Source: Verrucomicrobiota bacterium
GTDB lineage: Bacteria; Verrucomicrobiota; Verrucomicrobiia; Verrucomicrobiales; Akkermansiaceae
Reading direction: 5' to 3'
NCBI GenBank assembly: GCA_041172045.1
Contig: JBEDKU010000223.1
Location: 1 to 34,160 of the forward strand
DNA length: 34,160 bases
Shown here in pieces: positions 24,405-32,059 of this stretch; position 1 is the stretch's first letter, and each line of letters begins with the position of its first letter. Position numbers and translations under genes: made by a program. Below the pieces are notes generated by a model. That model ran no database searches and had not been told where the DNA came from. It was given only the letters and a program-made list of their open reading frames with translations.

Positions 24405-27400
24405 TCATACCGCCACCCACTCGCGGCAGCGCGTGGAGAGGAGGATGCACTCCACTTTTGCTCCCGGATACGCCAGCTCCATCACCTCACGGTAAGCGTT
24501 CATTTGGCCGGAGTATCTCTCGGCCAGGCCGCCGACTTCATCCAACGCGTCAGTCTTGAAATCAATGACTTCCACGCGTGTTACGACGCCCGCCGTATCG
24601 CGATGGAGGTGGAGCCGGTCCATCACACCGCTGAGCCATTTGCCGTCAAGGATGGCGTCCACCGGTTGCTCGTTAAAAAGCTCGACGGATCGCCCGCCCC
24701 GCTCGAAGAGCTGGCGGAGTTTCGGTGATTTCAATAAATTGGCGACCAAGGCTCCGGCGTCTCCACTTGGCAAAACTGGGGGAATTTCATCCACCCAGCC
24801 AACCTGTTCGAAAGCCGCGTGCACCTCGCTGCCGAATTCCATCCCGCTGGCGGAGTGGGCCACGGCCCCTCCTTGTTTTTTCTTCAATCCGCTAGGCGTC
24901 GCCCGCTCGCGGCGAGCCACCCCGGCGGCGAGTGACGGGAGAGCGGTGACTTCCTTCGGGCGACTCGAGCGGGGAAGCGTTTCCACCCAGTCCGGCGATC
25001 CGGATTGATAGACGACGCCCGGCTGGCCGTCCGAGGAAATGGACGTGGCCAGCCAGTTCGCCAGCGAGGGCTTGTCCGCATCCTGCGAACCGGCGGGTGG
25101 TTCGAGTAGGACGTATAGACCACGCTTGGAGCGGGTTAGAGCGACGTAAAGCATGCAGAACGCCTCGTAGCGTTGGCTCGCCGCCCATGCGGCTTCCGCG
25201 TCGCGCATTTCCGGAATCAAGTCGCGCGCCCACTTCGGCGGGGTCTGGGTGATCCAATCTTCGCTTTCCGCCACGTCGAAATATTGTGCGGACGGGATGC
25301 TGTCATTCGGCACATCCGGCAGGATCACCACATCGAAGCCGAGGCCCTTCGACTTGTGAATCGTCATCACCTGCACCGCCGCGATGCCGGGGCTTTGCGA
25401 AACCTCCAGCCGCTCGATCCACTCCGCCGCCTGCTGCGGCGTCGCGCCGCCCTGCGCGTCCAGACCTGCCAGAGCCATGATCACGTCCCCGGCCCGGCGG
25501 CGGCCGAAATCCGACCACTCCGCCCAACAGCCATCGACGACCTGCTCCGCCATGCCCGCGAAACCGGCCTGCGAGGCGAGTCCTAGCAGCCCCTCCCACA
25601 CCTGCTGCCAATGCTCGCCGAAGCGCGCCCGCAGGACGGCGGCGAGCGGCGACATTTCCACCACTTCCCAGGCGAAGGCGTCCGCCGGATTCGCCAGCCA
25701 TTTGAGCAAATGCCCCAGCGCGATGCCCACCGGATTGTCCTTCGACGGTTCGCGCCGGCCTTCCTCGATCACGTCGAAGCCCGCCGCGCGAAGCTGGTCC
25801 GCGACTTTCCGCACCTGCGCGTTGCTGCGGACCAACACACCGCAGGTCATCGGCCGCTCGCCGACGCCGAGCTCGCCCAGCAGGCTTTCGAGCCGGTCCA
25901 GCCGCTCGTCCCATTTGCCCTCCACCACTTCCACCCTCGCTTCGCCGCGTTTTTCCGAAACCGCCAGCGGATCGGCGGAAAAATGCTCCTGCCATTTCCA
26001 CGCCGCCTCGGCCTCGCCAAAGAACTCCCGCAGCGTCGCCGTGTCCCCGCAGACTTGGTTCACCAGCGCGAGCACCTCCGGACACGAGCGCCAGGACTCC
26101 GCCATCTCCTCGATGTTCAGCCCGCCGCGGTAGCGGGAAATCACTTCGTCGAACAAGCCCACCTCGCCGCCGCGCCAGGCGTAAATCGCCTGTTTCCGGT
26201 CGCCGACGATGAACATCGAACCCTCGCCATCGCCCGCCGCCTCGTCGATCAACGGCAGCAGTCCCATCCAATCCGACCGACTGGTATCTTGAAACTCATC
26301 GAGCAGCCAGTGGTCGTAGCGGGCGTCGAGCCGGAAATCCACGGCCTCGCGCCGGAGTCGCGCGTCCTCGCCCTTGACCCACTCGCCCATCAGGATCTTC
26401 ACGTCGTCGAAGCCGAGCAGGCCGCGGCGGCGGAGTTGTTTTTCACACCGCGCGTCATAGACCGCGACCACGTCGCGCACCGCGCGGGTCCGCAGCAGCG
26501 CCGCCGCCATCTCGCAGCGGGCGGCGAGATTCACCATCTCCCGCAGCGCCTCGCCGGCCGGTCCGCCGATGAAGAACTCCTTGTAATATTTCAGCATCAC
26601 CGGTCCGTCGGTGGTGGCCGCGGCTAGCAGTACGTTTTCCAACAGGCTGGTCGCGCCGCCAAGGCTGCCGCTGCCGATGGTGTGGTTGAGCAAGGTATCG
26701 AGCACTTTTTCCAAAGCTTCCCGCTGGCCCTTCCGGGTGTAATCGACGCCGTCGAGCCCGCGCCGGATTCTGGCGGATAGATCGTGTTTCTGCGGCTCCC
26801 AATCCTCCAGCCGCACGCCGGCGAGCGACGCGGGGCCCCATTCCAGATCATGCGCGGCGCGATAACGGCTCTGCCAGCTTTTCACGAACCCGCGCAGCCC
26901 GTCCATCACCGCCTGTTCTTCCTTGCCAATGGTCGCCCGGCGGAAGGCGTGCAGGAAATCCTCGCCCGCCTGGTCCTCCAGCGTTTCTCCCAGAATGGTG
27001 GCGAGGATCTCCTCCGCCGCCGCCACCGCGCGGGGGCCTTCGAGCAGGTCGAATTTCCCGCCGGTCAGGCCGAGCTCGTATTGGAAACCGCGCACCACCT
27101 TGGCGAAAAAGCTGTCCATCGTTCCCAGCGTGAAGCGCGGCAGCGCGCGCACCACGCGTTCCAGCGACTCGCCGAAATCCGCCTGCGGCAGCGCCAGATC
27201 CCGCCGCAGCCCGGCGGCGGGTTTCTCCCCGCTCGCGGCGGTGGCGAGCTTCATCAGCACCGAATCCGCGAACTCGCCGGCGGCCTTGCGCGTGAACGTG
27301 AGCGCCACGATTTTCTCCGGAGCCACGCCGCTCGCCACCAGGCCGATCACCCGGTTCGCGAGCTGGAAGGTCTTCCCGGAGCCGGCGGACGCGAGAATGA

Positions 27401-27425
27401 GCAGATTCGGGGCGAGGATGTTCAT
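24405..27425 (-). CDS. UvrD-family (SF1A) helicase with a C-terminal PD-(D/E)XK nuclease, AddA/RecB-like
   Basis: Walker A ASAGSGKT, LTFTRKAAGE, LLDEFQDTS, VGDRKQAIYAWRG, SWRS, VMTIHKSKGLGFDVV, LYVALTRSK; nuclease GVMDRL...VIDFKTD...QMNAY. Confidence 0.95.
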   Translation of the reverse strand: MNILAPNLLILASAGSGKTFQLANRVIGLVASGVAPEKIVALTFTRKAAGEFADSVLMKLATAASGEKPAAGLRRDLALPQADFGESLERVVRALPRFTLGTMDSFFAKVVRGFQYELGLTGGKFDLLEGPRAVAAAEEILATILGETLEDQAGEDFLHAFRRATIGKEEQAVMDGLRGFVKSWQSRYRAAHDLEWGPASLAGVRLEDWEPQKHDLSARIRRGLDGVDYTRKGQREALEKVLDTLLNHTIGSGSLGGATSLLENVLLAAATTDGPVMLKYYKEFFIGGPAGEALREMVNLAARCEMAAALLRTRAVRDVVAVYDARCEKQLRRRGLLGFDDVKILMGEWVKGEDARLRREAVDFRLDARYDHWLLDEFQDTSRSDWMGLLPLIDEAAGDGEGSMFIVGDRKQAIYAWRGGEVGLFDEVISRYRGGLNIEEMAESWRSCPEVLALVNQVCGDTATLREFFGEAEAAWKWQEHFSADPLAVSEKRGEARVEVVEGKWDERLDRLESLLGELGVGERPMTCGVLVRSNAQVRKVADQLRAAGFDVIEEGRREPSKDNPVGIALGHLLKWLANPADAFAWEVVEMSPLAAVLRARFGEHWQQVWEGLLGLASQAGFAGMAEQVVDGCWAEWSDFGRRRAGDVIMALAGLDAQGGATPQQAAEWIERLEVSQSPGIAAVQVMTIHKSKGLGFDVVILPDVPNDSIPSAQYFDVAESEDWITQTPPKWARDLIPEMRDAEAAWAASQRYEAFCMLYVALTRSKRGLYVLLEPPAGSQDADKPSLANWLATSISSDGQPGVVYQSGSPDWVETLPRSSRPKEVTALPSLAAGVARRERATPSGLKKKQGGAVAHSASGMEFGSEVHAAFEQVGWVDEIPPVLPSGDAGALVANLLKSPKLRQLFERGGRSVELFNEQPVDAILDGKWLSGVMDRLHLHRDTAGVVTRVEVIDFKTDALDEVGGLAERYSGQMNAYREVMELAYPGAKVECILLSTRCREWVAV

Positions 27426-27514
27426 CGTTGGGACGAGCCTGCCCGGATCCCGCGAAATGGGAAACCTAGAAGTTCATGCCGACCTCAATTGGACCGCACA
27501 TTTATCTCACCGCC

Positions 27515-28870
27515 TCACGGCTGTCGCTTGTCGAAATAATCCGCCAGGGAATAGACCTGCCGGTTGAGTTCGTGCATCGCCGTCATCAACGGTGCGTAGG
27601 GTGTGAGGGCGAGATTCACGATACCCTTGTTGGAATCGATGTTGGAGGGGTCCGCGCCCTTGGCGTTCGGGTCGTTGTCGCGGTATTTGAACCAGTGCCA
27701 GCCGACGCAGCCGCCGGACTCCAACAGGCCGAGGGTGAAATTCTGGTAGAAGCGGCCGCGGTCCTCCTGGGTCTTGACGACGAAGCCGGCTCCCGTGGTG
27801 TTGGCGAAGCCGGAGTCCATACCCTTGGCATACCACTCGGTGATGATGAACGGCTTCCCCGACCATTCGACCCAGTTTTTCACCTGCTCGGGATTGGGTG
27901 ACCACTGATGATAGTAGTTGGCGGCGATCACGTCGAGATGGCGGCCCGCGGCTTCGAAGAGAGGTTTCGATTGCAACGCCTGAAAGTCGAAACGCGGGCC
28001 GAGGCAGAGGTGGTTCGGATCGTATTTACGGATGGCGGCCGAGGTGATTTGTAAATATCGCTCGGCGATGAAGCCGAGGAACTCCTGGCGCTTGGTGTCG
28101 TTGAGCGTCTTGTCCTCCGGATGGATCTTGCGACGGTCGGTCAACCACTGGTCCACCGCGACGCGGCCGGGATCGGTCTTGGGGAGCTTCATGAAGTTGT
28201 CGAGCGACTTGTGATAAAACGGCAGCTCGTTGTCGGAGAAATGACCTAATAACCATGGGTCGTCCTTGGAGGATGACAGCTTTTTGGCGTATTCGTCGCA
28301 AAAGGTGACGAACTGCGGGTCAAACACAAAAATGCAGTCGCCCGGATATCCCATGTGACCGGATTTCTGATACATGCCGCCGCGCTTGTGGCCGTAAGAG
28401 CTCATGAAGTTCCAGATCTTGGTGTAAACCACGGGACGCTTGCTGGCACGGATGCCGTCGTTCTCCGACCAGGCACCGGTGCCGTTGAAGCCGTTGGAAT
28501 GAAGCAGATCGGCTGTCACCTCGCTCCAATTTTCGGGGGTGCTCTTCCCACCAGGCGGTGCGACGGCGACCACGCCGACATGGATGAACGGATGGCCCTC
28601 GGGATCGATCAGCCACCAGCGTTTGCCGGTTTTCTGGGCATGGAAAAAGCCGGTCGCCTTCTGCTGCTCGCTTTTGAGGCCACCGTAAGTGGAGAGTGCG
28701 CCATCGCTGGTGGGCTTGTAGTCCGAGAGAGTGCTGACGAGGCGGGTGGGATAATCCGACCACTTGCTGCTGGGTTTGACCTTGGCGGCTTGAGTCATCA
28801 ATGGCGGCGACGCCTCCTGCCCGAAGCTGAGTCCTCCGGCAAGTAACAGAATAAAGGGGAAAAATCTCAT
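27515..28870 (-). CDS. Secreted glycoside hydrolase, GH50/agarase-like (clan GH-A), ~451 aa
   Basis: Signal peptide MRFFPFILLLAGGLSFG from ATG 28870; TGFFH...WWLIDPEG, GFNGTGAWS, DPWLLGHFSDNEL (acid/base), IRKYDPNHLCLGPRF, PFIITEWY (nucleophile), CVGWHWFKY. Substrate not determinable. Confidence 0.82.
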   Translation of the reverse strand: MRFFPFILLLAGGLSFGQEASPPLMTQAAKVKPSSKWSDYPTRLVSTLSDYKPTSDGALSTYGGLKSEQQKATGFFHAQKTGKRWWLIDPEGHPFIHVGVVAVAPPGGKSTPENWSEVTADLLHSNGFNGTGAWSENDGIRASKRPVVYTKIWNFMSSYGHKRGGMYQKSGHMGYPGDCIFVFDPQFVTFCDEYAKKLSSSKDDPWLLGHFSDNELPFYHKSLDNFMKLPKTDPGRVAVDQWLTDRRKIHPEDKTLNDTKRQEFLGFIAERYLQITSAAIRKYDPNHLCLGPRFDFQALQSKPLFEAAGRHLDVIAANYYHQWSPNPEQVKNWVEWSGKPFIITEWYAKGMDSGFANTTGAGFVVKTQEDRGRFYQNFTLGLLESGGCVGWHWFKYRDNDPNAKGADPSNIDSNKGIVNLALTPYAPLMTAMHELNRQVYSLADYFDKRQP

Positions 28871-28877
28871 AATAATG

Positions 28878-29867
28878 TTAGTTTTTCGATACGGCGGCGG
28901 TGGCGGTAATGGCCTCATTGAGCTCGGCCAGCATTTTCGGAACCTCGACGAAGGAGTCATAGCCCTTGCGCCCCGAGGACAGTGTCTCGATGGGCAGGTA
29001 ACCGCGGTAACCGGACTGGCGGACGATGGTGATAAGCTTCTTCATGTCCGTGCGGGGCGAGTTGCCGGGGGTGGCGATCAGTTCCTTGATCTGCCAGTTC
29101 ACCGCGTAGGGTGCCATCAGGGCGATGTCGACGTAAGGATCGGGAGTGTTGTATTTGCCAGTGTCCACCATCGCGGCGCACCACGGATGGTCGACACGCT
29201 TGAGCAGGCTGAGATGCTCGGGACCGGTGCTGATGAAGTCGCCGTGGTTCTGCACCGCGACGATGACCCCGAATTTTTCGCCGTGCTCGGCGCACTCGCG
29301 CAACGAGTCGGCGAGGTAGGTTTCGACAGCCTCGCGGCCGGCGTTCGCGGAGGCTTCCTGCCAGTTTTTGAACGGGCCCTGCGAGTCGGCGAAGGCGCGC
29401 ACCGTGGGAGCGCCGAGCTTCGCTGCCACCTCGATCCAGGTTTTGATCCGTTTCACGCCTTCGCCTCTCACGGATTTGTCGGCTGCGGTGAAATCATTGC
29501 GCACGCCGGTGCCGCTGATCGCAAGACCGAGATCGAACGCGTGGCGCTTGAGGGCGATGAGGTATTTGTCCTCCGGTGCGTTCGGATAGCCGGGAAAGAA
29601 ATAGCCGGTGAGATCGACCGCGTCGAAACCGCACTTGGCGCAGAAGTCGCAGACGCCGAATAAATCGATGCCCTTGCTCTTGTCCTTCATGTTGGCGTTG
29701 AGCAATTCGAGGAACGAATAGGCGTTGAGCGAGGTCTTGAGGTGGGATCCGCCGGTGCGCTTGATAGGTTCAAATGCGGCGGACGCGCTGGCGAACGGAA
29801 ATCCCGCGGCAAGTGGCAGCAGGGCGGCGGATTTCAAAAAGCCGCGGCGTGTCGGGAGTGGGTGCAT
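28878..29867 (-). CDS. Tat-exported sugar phosphate isomerase/epimerase (xylose-isomerase-like TIM barrel)
   Basis: Twin-arginine signal TRRGFLK; GFDAVDLTGYFF; AAKLGAPTVRAF; VQNHGD, MVDTG, QIKE, GYRGYLPIETL. Confidence 0.9.
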   Translation of the reverse strand: MHPLPTRRGFLKSAALLPLAAGFPFASASAAFEPIKRTGGSHLKTSLNAYSFLELLNANMKDKSKGIDLFGVCDFCAKCGFDAVDLTGYFFPGYPNAPEDKYLIALKRHAFDLGLAISGTGVRNDFTAADKSVRGEGVKRIKTWIEVAAKLGAPTVRAFADSQGPFKNWQEASANAGREAVETYLADSLRECAEHGEKFGVIVAVQNHGDFISTGPEHLSLLKRVDHPWCAAMVDTGKYNTPDPYVDIALMAPYAVNWQIKELIATPGNSPRTDMKKLITIVRQSGYRGYLPIETLSSGRKGYDSFVEVPKMLAELNEAITATAAVSKN

Positions 29868-29885
29868 GGAAGTGTGGGGTGGGGA

Positions 29886-31355
29886 TTATTTCAGGATGTG
29901 GCGATAGCTAACAAAGGCGATCTTCTTGCTATCAGGAGACCATGAGGGAACGTTGATGGTGCCCTGGCCGCCGAAGAGCGTGGCAATGACTTTCGGCTTT
30001 CCGCCCGCCATGGGCATGAGCCGGATGACGACGTTCTGGTCATACGGGTGGCCTTTCACGCTTTTGTCGAAGGATACGAAAGCAATCCATTTTCCGTCGG
30101 GCGAGGGATGGGGGAACCAGTCGGCGTATGGTTCGTCGAAGGTGATTTGTTCCTGCGAGCCGCCGTCCGGATTCATCCGCCAGATTTTGGCCGCGCCGTC
30201 GCGTTCCGAGTGGAAGTAGATCTTGCTGCCGTCGGGCGTGTATTCGCAGCCGTCGTCGAGGCCCTCCGCTTCGGTGAGCCGAGTCTCGGTGCCTCCTGCG
30301 GCGGGGATGGCATAGACGTCGAAGTTGTCATTCCGCTTCGCGCAGTAGATGAGTGTCTTGTCGTCGGGCGACCATCCGTGCCAGTAGGACGGGCCGGTCG
30401 GGGTGATCTGACGCGGCTCGCCGCCGGTGGCGGGAACCACGTAAATCTTTGATCCACCGGCACCCGATCCGGAGCTGAGAGCCAACCATTTTCCGTCGTT
30501 CGAAAGCCCGTGATCGTTGTTGTTCTTGATGACGGCTCCGGTGTTGAGTTGTGTGAGCTGTCCGCCTTCCATCGGAAGCGTCCAGATGAGTCCCTGGCGG
30601 TTGAGATAGAACAGCTTGTCGTCGCTTGACCAGTTAGGCGCTTCGAAGAGCGTTTCGTCTCGATAGACGACCTTGCGCTCGCCGGTCGCGACATCGATTA
30701 CCTCCAAGCTGGTTTCCCGGACACGTTTTTCACCTTCCTTGGCAATCCTGTTGGAAAGGATCACATTGGAAATGAGAGCGGTTTCCAGGTTCGCGGAGTT
30801 ATGGGCGCTGACCGCGAGTCCGACGAACACCGGATCCGGCATGGTCACCGAGACCGCGCCGACGGGTTGGAACGGCCCGCCGGCCTTAGACGCGGATATC
30901 GTAAAGACATTGCCATCGCGCTCCAGCTTCACCGTCGCAGGAGCTTGAATCGGTGTTCTGGCAGCAAGCGTGGTGGCACCTTTGGTCATGCGGTATTGCA
31001 ATTCGATCAGACCATCGCCGTGCACGGCCACATCGACGTAGGGTGAGTCCGCATCCAGGGTTTGACGAACCATGGCACAGGCCTTGCGGTGCGGTTCCTT
31101 GCCCTCGGCCTCCCAGCCGACGTCCATGCTAAAGACGAGGTCGCCGGAGATTTTCTTGTGAAGAAACTGGAACGCGTCCTCGGCAAACCAGATGTTTTTT
31201 CCGCTGCCGGTAATGCGATACTGACCCTTGTCGGCGAGATATTCCGAGGTGCCCTTCAAGTCGATTTTGCCGACATCGGTTGCTTCGTCAAAGATTCCAA
31301 TGGGCGCGGCGCTCAGGCCGGTGGCAAGGGTGAACAGGAGTGTTGGAATTTTCAT
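29886..31355 (-). CDS. Secreted TolB-like (PD40) beta-propeller protein with an N-terminal beta-sandwich, ~489 aa
   Basis: ATG 31355 overlaps the upstream stop (ATGA); signal peptide; FEAPNWS, NNDHGLSNDGKWL, SYWHGWSPD, DDGCEYTPDG, DWFPHPSPDGKW, GGQGTINVPSWSPDS. Confidence 0.88.
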   Translation of the reverse strand: MKIPTLLFTLATGLSAAPIGIFDEATDVGKIDLKGTSEYLADKGQYRITGSGKNIWFAEDAFQFLHKKISGDLVFSMDVGWEAEGKEPHRKACAMVRQTLDADSPYVDVAVHGDGLIELQYRMTKGATTLAARTPIQAPATVKLERDGNVFTISASKAGGPFQPVGAVSVTMPDPVFVGLAVSAHNSANLETALISNVILSNRIAKEGEKRVRETSLEVIDVATGERKVVYRDETLFEAPNWSSDDKLFYLNRQGLIWTLPMEGGQLTQLNTGAVIKNNNDHGLSNDGKWLALSSGSGAGGSKIYVVPATGGEPRQITPTGPSYWHGWSPDDKTLIYCAKRNDNFDVYAIPAAGGTETRLTEAEGLDDGCEYTPDGSKIYFHSERDGAAKIWRMNPDGGSQEQITFDEPYADWFPHPSPDGKWIAFVSFDKSVKGHPYDQNVVIRLMPMAGGKPKVIATLFGGQGTINVPSWSPDSKKIAFVSYRHILK

Positions 31356-32059
31356 GGGGTATTGGTTGAAGGCAACGCGGTTTTTAATTCGGTGATGGCG
31401 GGTCCGTTGCGTTCGGTGCCTAACGGGCGGAAGACGAGCGTCGCGAGGTTGATGTTTCCACCTTCGACATTCATGATCTTGATGACGCTGAGGCCTTTGG
31501 GCAGCTTGAGCGTGACGGCGTCGGGCGCGATGTTCCAGTGATGCCACTGGCGCCAGGCAATCGGATCGGCGGCGTCAAAAGTGGAGGTGATGTTGCAAGG
31601 AACCGCGACGGGATTTGCATCAACCGTGAATGAAAGGCGCGCGTCGTTGTGGGCGGTGTAGAGGAGGTCCGCCACATAAGTGCCGGCTTCGGCGGTCTCG
31701 ACGGTGATATTGAACCACTCGCCCCCTTGATTCCAACCGACGTAGAGCAGGTTCAGCGGGGGGACGACTTTGTTCGAAGCCGAGTCGATGTCGGGCACCT
31801 GTTTGGTGTAGGAAACATCCAGCCCTTCGTCTTTGCGGAACTCATGAAGGTAGGTTCCGTCGGGAGGGTTGAGCTTACCGCTGCCTTGATTGGCCGCGTC
31901 GTTGTCGTGATAGGCGACGCCCTCGCCACCTTGGTCATAATAGGCGCAAAACACGGCTCCAGGAATCTTCTGCGGTGCGGCAGGATGCACGGCGTCGCCG
32001 AACGGCTGGCCACCGAAGGCCAGAGAGGAGAACCAACCAATTGGCAAAAGCTTTTTCAT
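31352..32059 (-). CDS. Secreted carbohydrate-binding protein, CBM6-like, ~235 aa
   Basis: ATG 32059 overlaps the GH3 stop (ATGA); QKIPG...YYDQGGEGVAYHD, YVGWNQGGEWFNITVETAEAGTY, GNINL. Confidence 0.82.
   Translation of the reverse strand: MKKLLPIGWFSSLAFGGQPFGDAVHPAAPQKIPGAVFCAYYDQGGEGVAYHDNDAANQGSGKLNPPDGTYLHEFRKDEGLDVSYTKQVPDIDSASNKVVPPLNLLYVGWNQGGEWFNITVETAEAGTYVADLLYTAHNDARLSFTVDANPVAVPCNITSTFDAADPIAWRQWHHWNIAPDAVTLKLPKGLSVIKIMNVEGGNINLATLVFRPLGTERNGPAITELKTALPSTNTP

Noticed and set aside
22494-27567. Overlapping alternative-frame ORFs within pckG and the helicase (e.g. 25303..26271, 25611..26627)
   Set aside because: Expected in high-GC coding DNA; Arg/Gly/Pro-rich and wholly overlapping well-supported genes.
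29886-31355. Assigning the symbol tolB
   Set aside because: Has PD40-like repeats but no tol-pal context and a different N-terminal domain; it is only TolB-like.
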